This document shows positions 12,715 through 25,960 of a stretch of DNA of 64,000 bases, in pieces. Location of the stretch: assembly GCA_013265495.1 (NCBI GenBank), contig MU058781.1, forward strand, positions 5,273,050 through 5,337,049, written 5' to 3'. The stretch comes from Vicugna vicugna. Taxonomy: Eukaryota. The notes beneath the pieces are model-generated. The model worked only from the letters and a program-made list of their open reading frames with translations, was not told the DNA's origin and searched no databases. The position numbers and the translations under genes were made by a program. Within the stretch, counting starts at the first letter, position 1. The number at the start of each line of letters is the position of its first letter.

Positions 12715-12892
12715 GCCCTGTGAGGAAGTGAAAAGCAGGAATTGTTCTTTCCATTTAATGGGTAAGAAAAAACTCAGAAAGGTCAAAGGATTTATATGCC
12801 CAAGGCCACACAGCTGACATGTCACAGAGCTGGGATTGAAAATGCAATCTTCTAACTACAAATGCTGTATTCTTTCTACTTCATCACATTGA
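12715..12892 (-). mobile_element. MIR SINE
   Basis: gcccaaggccacacagctg...cagagctgggattgaa. Confidence 0.7.
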
Positions 12893-13609
12893 CTCCTATC
12901 CACCAAGTTTCTTCCCAAGTTCTAAATTTTAAAAAAATCCGTGGGTTAAATGCACAGAAATTAATGGTGGATGCGTGGCATACTTCATTTTATAAGGATA
13001 AATATCTTCCTCTGTTGCTAAATAATAGTAATAGACTCTAGATATTGTCATTAAAAGTATGTAATAAAAAGATCTGAAGAGTTCTTTATAAATCGAAATT
13101 AAATGAAATAAATTAAATCCAAAAAAGGAGAGCATTTGATTAGTCCTCACAGCCAAATAAGCTTTGGTAATATTTTTAAGGACGTGTTAAGTAAGTAAGA
13201 GAGACTCTGTCTTGCTCTAGTAAGTCAGCATGAAATGTCAAAATTCAGCCAAAATTGTTCCTGGAAAATAAAGTTTCCGTGTCACAGACATGTGATGTAT
13301 TTTGTTTGGGCTCTCATGAGAAGGAGGAGGAATGGTGAAATAGAAAAGCATTTGTTAATTCTTTTTAGCTTGTTCCTTGCAAAGAAACAAGAGCCGGTGG
13401 CGTTAGGAGAGGTGCTAGGAAACAATGTCCCAGGTACAGAGGAAAACTGCTGGTTTGCATTGTAATTGGAAATGACTCATCACTTTACTAGCTAGTGATT
13501 TTTCAGCAACCTGGATGAAAGTAACTTGAAATGTACTATCACACTGGGTGAGCAGAAAACTCAGAGCCCTGGTCTTAATAACACTTCCGACCAAGAACTG
13601 CTCAGAACA

Positions 13610-13750
13610 AAGTACTTTACTTAGTGCTTCCTATACGCCAGGATGTGCCAACCACTCTACACGGGGGAACTCATTTAAGACTCCAGAACAACACCATCAG
13701 GGAGCTAATTCTATTTTCTTCATTCTATAGTGGAGACGGCTGAGTCTTAG
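13610..13750 (-). mobile_element. MIR SINE
   Basis: tacttagtgcttcctatacgccagg...aactcatttaag...cattctatagtggagacggctgag. Confidence 0.55.
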
Positions 13751-14754
13751 AATTGGCCTATGATTTCATTTTCTGATGCAGCTGGCCTATGATTTATTTG
13801 TTTATAGTTGACTCAGTTGTTTATTTCATACAGTCTTAACAACTAGTCTCCAAGGATGTGACAAAAAGATTTGTTCTCTACTTTGAAAGCTAATTTAAAA
13901 ATATAAGCTACTTTGATGAATTTCCTACTTGGAAATGAAGAATGATTATTGAATCTTATGAAAGTGGTGAATTCTTCTCTGGAGGTCATTTTTTTCAGGC
14001 CAAGATCTGGGGAGAGGGTAGGAATAGTCATGGAATTGGATCACCAGCTGTTTTGTGTCCCTTTAAAGACTTATTGTTCTAATATTCCATAATGTTATAT
14101 TCAAGATTAAAATCTAGAGTGAAAGGTGCTTCCATTTTGGTGTAGTAAGTCAACTCTGAGCTTTTTTCTTGATGAACTCATAAAGGACAAGGTTTTGCAA
14201 GTTGAGGCTGGTTGTGAGGAGAGGTTGATAAAAGGGATTTAGATGCGCAGTGTTGGCTGAAGGCTACCTGGGAATCCAATCACCGTCTGAAATAGCAAAT
14301 CCAGAGCAGACAGGCAGGGAGGCTGGGATGCTCCCAGAAGCCAGTGAACTGCCAAGGAAGTCAGGCAAAACTGGGCCAAATGGTTCAAAACGGAAAGGAA
14401 GAGGAGGAGCAGAGGAATTCTTTGAAGTAGCAAAAGGGAAGAAATGAGCCATTATCAGCATTCCTGTAGCTTTGAGGCCAAAGGATTAGTAATGGGTATT
14501 CAGGCAGCCAAACACAAACAGACACAAACACATAGAAAAGCAGTTTTGTAAAGTGAGTTCTTCATTACAACCAAGCCCAAATAATATGAACTCCTCTTGC
14601 TTCTTATTTTTGGCATTATCATATTCCTCCTAAAATAGTAGAACATCATGATTTTTTTTTAAAGTTGAAGTGACTCAAACTTGTTTTGACGTGGCTTCTG
14701 AGAATTTCAGCACCTTACCAGGTATCTAGAGACAGTGTCCAGGCATACTTGAAG

Positions 14755-14965
14755 CAATAGTTCTCAGTGTTTTGCGCTTGGTAGCCATTAGCCAGACTTT
14801 ATAAGGAATATCAATATTAGAAACAGTTCCACTGTACTTTGTGCGAGGTGAGTTGAAGGATTAAACACAATACCTGCTTTTGCCATCCCTAAACCCCTCT
14901 AAGTCCCCTGGGGTACCTCCCAGGAACCCTTTGGAACTCCAAGGGGACTAGTTTGAAAACTATTT
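14755..14965. mobile_element. Degraded hAT-Charlie-type MITE
   Basis: TIR-like ends caatagttctca / gtttgaaaactatt. Confidence 0.35.
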
Positions 14966-16064
14966 CTTTGAAGGAAAAAAAATCTGCTGGTAGCCTCTGG
15001 AAAAACGTCTGAAAAATCGTCTATTACCTTGCCCTCAGAAGTTACAGAAAATTGTCTCACATTTCATATGCCCAAAGGTACAATGCATGCATAATTATGG
15101 ATGAACTGTCTGCATACATTTTAAAATATTAAAGCAATTAATGATTAATGACGAGATTAGTTTAGGAAAGATGCTTAGTGTCTTGTGGAGCCTCAAGCCC
15201 ATCAACCCCTCCTGAAAACAGTAGATCAAAAGGACATTCGGGAGGTATCTGGCTGAGGGTAGAGGACAGTTAGAAGGAAGGATTTCCAGTGTCAATGATT
15301 TTGTCGTTAAGTTCAGATACATAGCATTAACTGAGTCTGATTAAAATGGAAAAAAAAAGGGCTTCAAAAATATTTACCTGACAATACATAACATCAAGAT
15401 GAAAAGAAAGATATCTTAGAAATGGCTGTCCTTGAACTTAACCTTGACTATCAAGGGTATTCAAACCGTTGAGCTAGATTTGAGCGTGGTATACAATCTC
15501 AGAATGCGTAATTAGTAACTTTCCCACAATCTGTTTGTGTATGCAGAGGATGTGTCAATACATAACAGATTTACTTTAGTAGCCAATACTAAAATTAATC
15601 AAAATGTTCCAAAATGCATTTTTGAGATAGTTAATCCAAGGATTGACCATAAATACAAATGTTAATGTAATTCCTTGTATCATAGCCAAACTGTAGGTGC
15701 TTAGGGAACATTGACAGAAACTTTTAATCATCTAACTTGAGAATAGTTGGTGGTTCACTTTTGAATTTGCATTCTTTAATGTCTTGCGGTCCCAGCCACA
15801 TCAATAGTATTGGCCATACTCTCAAATCCATCGTTGTGGCTATATCAGAAGTGATTTTTTTTCCTGTTCTGAACTTCTGTCTTCTTTCCCATGTTGTAAC
15901 CAATACGGTATGGTTATAAGGCATTATTAATGCTAGCCAGTCGTCTTATCACATACTGCTATGACGTACACAACACTTGAAAATATCTAATCATATCATC
16001 ACCATGATCACAACTTTTTTTATTGTACTCAGAAAGACCAGCCAGAGATTGGTTTTCTCTCTGA

Positions 16065-16185
16065 ATAACTTATAAATTCTCTGAGCTTCAGTTTCTTCAT
16101 AGCTATAAAATGAAGGTTAATAATATCTGCCTTCTATGGTTATTATGACAATTAGATGAAATAAGGTATATAAAAATGCCATAAA
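16065..16185 (+). mobile_element. MIR SINE
   Basis: core ctctgagcttcagtttcttcatagctataaaatgaaggttaataat. Confidence 0.7.
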
Positions 16186-16939
16186 ACCGAAGGACTATAA
16201 AAATGAGTTGTGGGAATACAAAGGCAGGAGCACAGGAGGCACATTAGATGGCAGCCACACAAAATCCCTCCCCCTTGTGCTGTCAGAGTCAGCCTTTCAT
16301 GGCTCAGGATACCCTAAGCACAAGGTGTGGAGATCGCTGTGGTTTCCATTGTTTGAATGCAGCTCTTAGGTCTTCTGCAAGCTCAGATGAGCAGCTTGGG
16401 GGGAGTCCTAGAAATACCTAAAAGCGAAAACGCAGTTCTGGACAAAGCACCTAAAGGTTTGCAAGTTTTGTACAATAACTGCGTTCAGTTTTGACACAAA
16501 CAGAACTCCAAGTCTTGATCCAACTTTTTTTTAAATCCAACTTCTTGTAACTCTTCCCTAAGGAAACACAAAAAGTCATCTCATGAGATTTTTATAAGGT
16601 GTCTGTCAGCCTCACTGTTCCTTCCTCTCCTTTTGTCTGGCAAAAAACAATGTGTTAGTCCAGGAAGCAAAAACTTATTATTGAATTAATGCCAAGAATT
16701 CTGGTTGCTAATGTTTAAGGTGTTTTCAAGTGACCGTGGTAGAAAATTCTGGGCTCTTCCTAGGAGGGTACAAAAATGACATGAAGTGGAACCAGGATGA
16801 ATTTGGTATAATATTACAGATGAATTGAATGTCAAGGGTTTTAAAAATCTACGCTGCCATGTAGGATGAGTATGGAGATTTTCAAAAAGAAGTGACTAGG
16901 TTGACCCAGTTACCTTCCTGCTACTGTCACCGCTGAGCC

Positions 16940-17250
16940 TATGTTCCTGCCAGGAGAGCTTTCTTTCCACTGTCCCCACTACTTGGCCGACTCCTACTCA
17001 TACTTCAAGACCCAATTCCAATCTCACATGCATGAACAGCATGACCTCTTGCTCCTTAAGAAGGCCTTTCATACATACTTATCTAAATCACCCAGGTGAC
17101 TCTTAATTGTGGTCCACCTTTCATTGTTATTTCACTTTTCACGTGCACATTTCTTAGCTGCTCAGTTGATCCACAAGCTTCTTAGAGGCTGGAGTAGAAT
17201 ATGTTCTCTGAAGTTTCATATACAGTCTGTGCACTGTAAATAGGCTTTTA
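16940..17250 (+). mobile_element. L2 LINE 3' fragment
   Basis: cttggccgactcctactcatacttcaagaccca; aagcttcttagaggctgg. Confidence 0.55.
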
Positions 17251-18809
17251 GATTAAAATGGGTCTAATTGACAGACAAGTTTTGACAGTGGCTGATTAAC
17301 ATTTTCCCCACAGCTAAGCACAAAATTCCAATCAGAATTCTGCCATTTGAGATGTCAGACTATGATTTAAATGCCTGACTTGGTCATTAGAATACAGGTC
17401 TCCCAAAGAGGACAGAGGCTGCTGTTTAGTGTCAAAAGGTCAAAAGGGTCCATTCATTTTCTTTGGTGTCAGAAAAGGAATTGAGAAACCAACCCTGTCT
17501 TGCTCACAGGTTGAAGTACTGAATTTTTAACGTCCATGTGCAGTACTGAATTCCACCCTGGATTTGGGCGTAAGTTGGATTCAGAGATCTCCAAGGCAAA
17601 ATTTTTTATTATTCCTACTCTGGTTCATAAGGTAAGAAGTAGGGGGCTACACACCAAGGCCCAGATAGGTTTTCTATGGAAAAATTTAAAAGGGCATTGT
17701 TTTATTAAGCAGCTTTGGAAGAGCTTCCAAATATCCACCGGAATTTGCAGCCCTTTGGGCAGAGAAGAGAGTCCTGTTGTGAAAGCGGTTGAGTCAGGAG
17801 ACGTCGATCCAGGCGGCCGCTGGCTTCTCACAGTGTGAAGCTGGGATTACTCACTCTTCCTGCTATTCTCCGTCCCTTCTGCTTTCTGCTCTGTCTTCTA
17901 AAGACGTTCCAGTCCCCATTTCAGTCCAATTTACTTGCATCTGGGGTAACTATGATGATTTATTCAGTTTTCCAATCTGAGAACATCGGCTGTTTTTTAA
18001 ATTCTTGTCTTTACTGATTTGGGAAGTTTCTTCCTCAGGCCATTTCTCCCCATGTTTCCCAGAACCTGAGAGGTGGAAGGGTTTGGTTCTGTCACCAACC
18101 CTGCATGGTTTGTGCCGCTCTCTGCCCGTGTCAGGGCTCATGTGAGCCTTGAGTGCATGAAAGAAAACCCAGTCATTATATTTAGAATTACAGATCCACC
18201 CAGGCCCAGAAAAGTAGCTAATAAACATACAACATTTCACAGGCATATCAAATCAGAGTCCTGGAAGGGACTGAAGTTCTTCAGGAGTTTTTTTGGGGTT
18301 TTTTTTTGTTTTTTTTAAAACATTTTTTTCCTAATTCATTCCTAAAATGTGATGCTCTATTTTACTCTTAAATTTTTTCAGGGAAGAAAAGTTTACTACA
18401 TTCTCTGGCCTTGTTTTCATGCCTGACAGCTCTTGAAATCAGAAAGTTATGTGAAACTGAAACTTGCTGTGCTCTCTGCCTGACCTCACCCGTCTCACCT
18501 GCAGCCTGGACTATCAACTAGTGCCCATGCACTCGACATCCCCCATTGGTAGGGAGCCCTGGGGCTTACTGTTCTGGCTTGGGCCGTTTAGATTGACCTC
18601 TTTTCTGGGAGTCGAGATGACCTTCCTCTCGTCTCTCCTGAGCTGCACTGTGCAGGCCACCTGCTCTACTGATGGGGACCATCTTCAGTACCCTGGACTG
18701 TTACTCCTACACACAAATATTGGTCCTAAGATTCAAAAGTTCAAAGTTGGCCACTTTCAGAATTTCTAAGGCTTCGGCTTTCTCCTACTCCTTCCTGCTA
18801 CTTACGAGC

Positions 18810-18950
18810 ACATCTGTCTCCCCGATGAGACTGGAAGCAACTGTGAGGACAACAAATCTCATCTCCCCTCCATCCCTCCACGTTCCAGAACATGATACAG
18901 AGCTCTGCACATGGTAGGCATTTCATACGTATTTGTTAAGGAAATAAATA
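18810..18950 (+). mobile_element. L2 LINE 3' tail
   Basis: agactggaagcaactgtgaggaca...tgcacatggtaggcatttcatacgtatttgttaaggaaataaat. Confidence 0.6.
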
Positions 18951-19289
18951 TGTTTAGAGAGACTCTTGTTCTTTCATTTTAAGCCAAACTGCTCATTAGA
19001 GTTAAACCGCTCAAACTCATCTGTCCCTTCTGAGATGGATAATAGGGAAAGTAAACAAACATGCGGGAACATGGCCCAGAGGAGCACCCAGAGAGCCCTT
19101 GAACCTGGAGACTAAGCAATCTTAACATATGAGGCCACTTTTCAGGGGTGCAGCAGCCCACGGATAAAAGGTTGCACTTAGGGAGAAGGATGAAATACAG
19201 TGTTAGAAGATGGTTTCCTCTGAGGTGGTTTTAACAACACAATCAACAATATTTTACAACCGTTAGGATAGTTCTTATCTGAGAACGTC

Positions 19290-19775
19290 TGTGGTAGATG
19301 AAAGCTGGCCACACACTCTTTGCTACTTGGTCACTCGGCAGTGGAGGCTAATTTCCCTCCTCCTGATTCTGGGCTGGACTCACTGAATTGCCCGACCAGT
19401 CGAATGCAGTGGAAGCAATGCCATATGGCTTCCATGTCTAGCTGAGGAGGAGTCTTTTGGCTTCTACCTGCGCCTCTGGGAGCACTCACTCTTAGAACCC
19501 AACCACCATGCTATGAGGAAGGCTAAGCCATCCTGCAGAGAGGCCGACATGGAAGGGAGCCAACCCTCCTGAGAGCCACAGCTGAGGTCCCAGTGTACAG
19601 CCAGGGCTGACTTGCCAGTCACATGACTAAGTCATCCTGGAGTGGACCCTCCAGCCCCAGGCGAGCCACCCCAGCTGATGTATGTGGACCAGAGATGCTC
19701 TGTCCCAGCAGGGCCTTCCCAAACTCCTGACCCAAATAATCGTGAGCAAAATGAAATTGTTGTTTTAAGTCACAA
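19290..19775 (+). mobile_element. MaLR LTR (MLT1F/G/H-like)
   Basis: tgtggtagatgaaagctggccac start; ccaccatgctatgaggaaggctaagcc; aaactcctgaccc...gttgttttaagtcac. Confidence 0.8.
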
Positions 19776-21330
19776 GCAGCAGAAGACAGCAACAATGTCA
19801 TACTTGGCACAGTGGAACAGCCATAAACAGCCCGGCAAAGAGCTTTGCACTTCACACGTAATTTCCCCCCAGATATACCCATTAGTACTACGTAACTGGT
19901 CTGTTCTCACCCCTCAAGTCATATGGTGCTTTGGAAAGAAACTGTTTACTTCATAGGTCATGGTTCAAAACTAAATCAAATGGGGAAAACAAAACAAAAC
20001 AAAACTTCATGGCTCTATTATTCTAGGCTCAAATTATGAGGACATGAAAATGTGACACTCTGCACTGGCAAATTCAACACGTAATCCCATGATTGCTTTA
20101 AACTCAGTATTACGGTGTTGAGGAAAACCTAGGCCTTTAACTAGATCACATTGTTACACGATCAGTTATTTCAGAGGACTGTTACACAGCTGATGCAGGC
20201 CACCCCATAACATAACAAGCAGAGCAAGAATCTCTTCCCATCTCTATCCCTCAAAGCCTATGACTAAGAGTTGATGCCTCTGTCTATAGAGGATCCTTCT
20301 AAAATGCAGAATATAGGGGGAGGGTTAGCACAGTAGCAGCGAACACTGCTCTCAGTCATTCACAAGTCAGACTGAGTAGCAAAATCCCAGCTCATCGCGT
20401 AAGCATGAGGGGAACGGGGTAACTTCCTGAGGACTCAGTTGGCAGCAAGAGGACGCAGGGCATCTGGGAGGCAGAGGAGAAAGTCTGGGGGACAGAAAGG
20501 TGTGCAAAAAGTGGGGTGGGAAGTGTCTGAGCATTTCTCCTCCTTTCCTGGCTTCTTTTAGGCAGACCAAGCTTCTGGGACTTAGGAGAGCCTCTGATAA
20601 ATGCAGGCTTAGAAAGGGTTAAACAAGGCAGCCAAGCTCCTCGGTTATTCCCTCCAATTACTGCTTCCTCCTGTTCTGCCTCCTCCAATGTCCCCTCCTT
20701 TCAAGGGGGAGGATCCCACTAGTGCTCCTTAAAATTGGATTTGCTTGACCTCTTGGTGCCTGTTATTCTCAGCTGAACAGGGTATTCCTGTCTCTGCGCT
20801 CCCCGCGTGGCCTCAGCCGCTCCTGGCCTTATAGCTTGTCAGCTCATTATCAGAGTATTTGCAGAACGGTCAGAAACCCTTGAAGAGACAGTGATGCAGA
20901 TTGTTTCCTCAGGGCCTGCACAAGCTGTCTTCATACTGCCTAGGGAAGCCCCCACCACTACCCAAGTCTTTGAGGACACAGAAGGAAAGGCAACCTTAGT
21001 TAGGTTTACAAAGCAGTCCAGATGATAGATAGATAAATAGATGAGAATATACAGATATTTACATGGTTCAAATAACTTTCTTGGTTGGTTGTTCCATTTC
21101 CCCTCATGTCTAATCGGTCACAGGGGAGAGACTACTCTGAAGGGAAAAAGGACATGCTCCCTCTGCAACGCCCCCCGCTCCATACACTTCAGGGAGGTCT
21201 TTCTCTAAACGAGGGCCTATTATATTGGTGTCCGTCTCTTTGGAGGAAAAGAGACGTGAAGCCTGGAATTTGAGGGTGTGTTTCTATCAAAGTCCTTTCC
21301 TTCTTTTTATTTTCATCCAACCTTGCCTGC

Positions 21331-21685
21331 TGTGGGCAGACTACCAATATCTGAGTTCTCCTCTTCAGGGCACACAATTAGACCAACATCCATCCTGTAG
21401 CGTCTATGTGAAGCCACGTGACCGGTTCCTGCCAATGTGAGCCCTCCCACAGAGGGGAAGTATGTCCCTTCAGGCCCAGGGGGGTCTTCGAACCCTGTCA
21501 GTCTTTTCTTTATGCATCTCATGAATGGACACAACCCAGGCAGAGTCACATGTTAGTGGGAACCTGGGTCCCTGAATGATTACATGGAGCAGAGCTCCCA
21601 CTGCCAACATTGGAAGGTGACTTGACTGAGAAATGTATTGTATTGTCATAGTTTGTTTTAACAATTAAGCTACCTTGGTTAAAAC
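21331..21685 (+). mobile_element. MaLR LTR (MLT1J-like)
   Basis: gccacgtgaccggttcctgccaatg; gaacctgggtccctgaatgattacatggagcagag. Confidence 0.65.
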
Positions 21686-21804
21686 TGCCAAACTTTTTCT
21701 CTTCTCCTCACCTACTCTCCCCCTGGCCAGATGCTTGATTGTCTGTTGTTGAGGCTATTCCTTAAATCTTCAACTGACTAACTCAACCAAAATTATTTGT
21801 TTAT

Positions 21805-22170
21805 GGCCCTACCGAGCTGCTAGTTCCTCAAAGGCAAGGCATATATGCTATTTATCTTTGTACTTTTTCCGTCTTTCATGCAGTAAGTTAAATAAATGCA
21901 TGTGTAAGGTGCTATAAATAGATTCGTCACTAAGATGGGTCCTTCTTCTTGAGGTACTCCCCATCAAACTGGGGAGACAAGACGTATACACAGGTAGTGT
22001 ATGGAAAGTGACAGCGGTGTGTACGGAAAACAGGTGCAGCGATAGGTAAGAGGAGGAAGCTAGCATGCAGCGTGATGCAGTTAGCGAAGTCTTCACGTCA
22101 GGGAGCAGAGGTGAGCTAAGCTTTGCAGGGCACGGAGAATTCTAAGAGGTAGAGAAGACGGGAGAAATAG
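21805..22170. mobile_element. L2 fragments (plus-strand tail, then minus-strand piece)
   Basis: agttcctcaaaggcaaggc...tatttatctttgtac; ctggggagacaagac...tgagctaagctttgcaggg. Confidence 0.45.
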
Positions 22171-23005
22171 GGAAGGACAAAGAGTTGCATCTTTAGAGTC
22201 ATCCAGTGACATAAGGACAAATAAGACCTAGTTGTGCATCATTCTTCCAAAAGCAAGGCTCTAGGCTGATCAACTAATCATCAAGATTGTAACTTCTCTT
22301 CTTACCTCCTGGCATATCACACTCTCATGACAGTTCCCCTATTTTCTCCCTATATAAGATGTGCAAATAAACACTCACTATTGATAGCACTCTTTGTATT
22401 CTACATGACATAGTCTTCCCAGTCTATCAGGGGAGCTTTACCTGGCATTCTCCCCTCTTCTGTCCATCTGTGGGTATTTTAATCTTGCTATGGCAGTCCC
22501 TTTGGAGACATTTTCTTCCATAATTTCTTCTCATAGACTACCATTCAGTTTTAGTGAATATACTTAGTGTATATAGATACCATTTATTTTAAAGGGCTCT
22601 CATCCATTTGTCATCATAGAAAATGCAGCAGACTGAGAATATCTATTAGAACAAAGAGGTTCAAGTGCAGAAGATATTGGCTGATGATAACCAAGAGAGA
22701 GCTGTTGGTTTTTTAGGGGAGGAGGGGCTGATGGTTCATCAGTAGTTTTCAGGTGAAGAATTCACTATGAATGCCAATAAATCCAGGCCACATTGATCGC
22801 TGTCCAGGAAGGAGGACAGACAAGGAGGCAGCTGGAAAGAGGGTCAGTTGTCAGTAAAGTAGTGGAGAGGAAAGGATTCTGGGGGTCCGATGTGGATTTA
22901 AGAGGAATCATCTCTGTGAGCCTCTTTTCATGTACATTGTCATCTAGGTCCATGCTTCTCCATTCCCAGCATCCAAGGCCCAACCCCTTGCCTTACCCAA
23001 AATTG

Positions 23006-23007
<2 letters not shown>

Positions 23008-23049
<42 letters not shown>
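23008..23049 (+). repeat. Pure poly(A) tract, 42 nt
   Basis: direct count. Confidence 0.95.
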
Positions 23050-23052
<3 letters not shown>

Positions 23053-23289
23053 CTGAAGTGCTCCAGGTTTTGTTACCAGAGCTATATTTGACAAAGTGGT
23101 GACTGTGGGGCAAAAACAAGATGAATGAAATATTTACATAAAAAATAGCTTTGAAATCTTTAAATTTTTCCACTTTATTCTCCAATGCACTTGAAAACTC
23201 AATATATTCTCTTCCAGATGCGTGTAGTGCCCGCTTCTTCTGACTCTTAGAGCACCTGTGGTCCCCCCCAGTTCACCTGGCCCCCAGTA

Positions 23290-23760
23290 AAGTCTGACTT
23301 GGACTGAGGTTTACTTCCTACCCGTGCTGCTTCCTTCCTCTGTGATGCCCCCTAGCCCTGGTACCTGCAATGTATGTGGTGCAGCGTACTTGTTACCCAT
23401 TCCTCTTCCCAATAGACTCTGACCCTCCTGGATGGAGGGGCGATTTTTCCTTGTAACTTCTATCTCCCTGGTGAATGGGACAGGTCTGGCATATGCTAGA
23501 CCTTCAAACATTTGCTGCTTAAATGGCTGGGTGAAGGGACAAATGGATACATAAATTGCAGTTCCCTTGAGGGTGGGGCTTGGGTTATACCTCCTGTATC
23601 CCTGGTACTTAGCACTGTTCCTTGAACAGAGCTTAAACTCAGTGACTCAGTGGATCCCCTTTCAGCATGATGATTATTGGAACTGGTCCTTAAGAGATGC
23701 ATTATATGTGCTTTCTTTATTTCTTTATTAGTGGTGCCCAACATTTAGAGTAACTGAACG
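23290..23760 (+). mobile_element. Cluster of L2 3' tails
   Basis: tagactctgaccctcctggatggaggg...tctggcatatgctagaccttcaaacatttgctg; cccttgagggtgggg...ctgtatccctggtacttagcactgttcc. Confidence 0.55.
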
Positions 23761-24835
23761 CTAGAATTAGGCTTTTCCCCCTAAAATACCCTACAGATTG
23801 AAGGATGGCTCTTTTGAACTCTGAAGGGTCAGCTGGTTTTACTGCCACTTATATGAGCAAACCAGAAACCATCAGCCCTTTAGCAAAGGAATTGGGTGTG
23901 GCACTTGTATGGTTTAGCCAAAGCACACCCCCCCACCCACAATGGGACAACCATTTACAAGGGAAGAACATATGGTCAAATGATGGTTTTTAACATCCTA
24001 TCACAACCACATATCTAGCTGGACTATCAGTAAAAGATGAATGTGTCCTAAAAGTCACTTGTCAGTTTTCGACCCATACAATGTCCTTTAAAGCATCACA
24101 GGCCCCTTGAAAGCAGAGGCTATGCTTTTAAGCCATCTGTACCAAGAATGTCTGTAATCACTTTCAAATTTATGGGATTATAAGGGCAGGTCTTCCCACG
24201 CCCCAAGAGTTGGAGTCCAGCTTAAATCAAAACAGTCTCCTGCCTTAAATCACGAGTGCTCAGACTGGCAAGCCCACAACTTCCTCTTTTTACGTTAACC
24301 GAAATGTCCTTTTTCTCAGTCTCACCCTGCCCCCACCCCGTCTTTCTCCTCACCTTGTCGTAATCACCAATTTATCAAATAACCGCTGTGGAAACTTCAT
24401 TATTGCTGCTGGACTACTTTAACCATCACCCACCCGGGGCCCCTGCTGAGCACCAGCAGATGTACTGATGGCCAGCCAGCCCTGCTGAGCGTTTTCACCT
24501 CTGTGACTTTATCACATGGAGGGTAGCTCTTTCCAGACAGTTCTCTTAACAACAGGAAAAAAAAATTTGTCTTGCTTTGTGCTTTAAACTGTCTGTCCCA
24601 CATGCTGGAGCCACACCTGCATAGCAGTCTAGGAGCAGAGGCTGGGGCCTGGTGGTGCTCTGTGCTGCACAGAAAGTTGTGTTTTTGTTTTCTCTCCTGA
24701 CAGAAGGGACCCAGGCCCCTCTGTGCACCAACCACTGTGAAGTGGATTCAAGTTAGAGCTGATAACCTCCCCAGTCCCTCTTCTGTTTGGGGCTGTCCCT
24801 TCTCCTCACCCACCCAGAGCTCTGCCGAGCCCCTC

Positions 24836-25309
24836 TGGCTATGAATGGAACTGTGTCCTCTGAAAGAAGACATGGTGAGGTCGTCACCCCTAGAACCTCA
24901 GAATGTGACCTTATTTGGAGACAGGGTCTTTATGGAGGTAATCAAGTTCAGGTGAAGTCATTGGGGGTGGGCCTTAATCCAGAATGACTAGTATCCTTAT
25001 AAAAAGGGGAAATCTGGACACAGAGACAGACTCGCACAGAGGGAAGATGACATGAAAACACATAGGGAGAAGACGGACGTGTCACTGAGGTGATGAGGCT
25101 TCAAACAAGGAACGCCAAGGACCGCCTGCAAACATTAGCAGACAGAAGAAGCTGGGAAGGACCCTGTCCTAGAGACATCAGAGAGACCGCGGCCCTGCTG
25201 GCACATTGCTTTTGGACTTTGAGTCTCCAGAACTGAGACAATAAATTTCTGCTGTGTTAGGCCACCTATTTTTTGATGCTTCATTACAGCAGCCCTTGAA
25301 AATGAATAT
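24836..25309 (+). mobile_element. MaLR solo LTR (MLT1B/C-like), near full length
   Basis: cctagaacctcagaatgtgaccttatttggagacagggtc; ccttataaaaaggggaaat; ctccagaactgagacaataaatttctg. Confidence 0.9.
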
Positions 25310-25794
25310 TCCTCCCTTCCCAGGACCTGAAATAACCATAGCAGAGGCCAGGGTCCCCCATCGTCATCTACCACTCTGGCAGCATCCCAAGTGGTAGTTT
25401 TTCCTGCCTTTGCCCTCTAGTCACCCAAACTTGTCAGCCTCATGTCCCCCCTCCCCATGGCCTTGGCTTCTGCGATGATTAAGTAATAATGAAGTGACTA
25501 CCTAGGAGCGAATGCTCAGTAAAGCAGGAAGGCAGGTGGGCTGACAGATTACTGGTGCAGTTCCCAGGCTGTATATAACGTTTCCCAGAGGTCTCTTAGG
25601 AAGAATAGCTTACACTGATGTGTCTCAAACTGGAGTCTGAAGTTTCTCTGAGAATTCTTTATCCTGTGGTTGCAGTCACAAGACAAGCTCCAAAAAAGTA
25701 TCGATTTTCGAGGTATAAAATCAAAACTTCTATTTTGCCATGGTTGTTACAATTAAATGCAATTATTATAGAAAGAGATTATGTTTTTATTTTT

Positions 25795-25960
25795 ATTTAT
25801 TTTTTCCACCTTTACTGAGGTCTGATTGATAAATAATAACTGCACATATTTAGCACAGGCCCTGTGGTGCTTTGATGCTGGATACATTGTGATGCAATTG
25901 CCCACAATTAAGATATCTTACTGTATATTCACCTCACTTAGTTACCTTTTTTGGGTGAGA
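25795..25960 (-). mobile_element. L1 3' terminus (L1MA-like)
   Basis: T-rich tail then ctttactgaggtctgattgataaataataactgcacatattta...cacctcacttagttacc. Confidence 0.7.

Noticed and set aside
18287..18330. T-rich tract resembling another antisense L1 tip
   Set aside because: No TSD and no L1 body; treated as low-complexity sequence.
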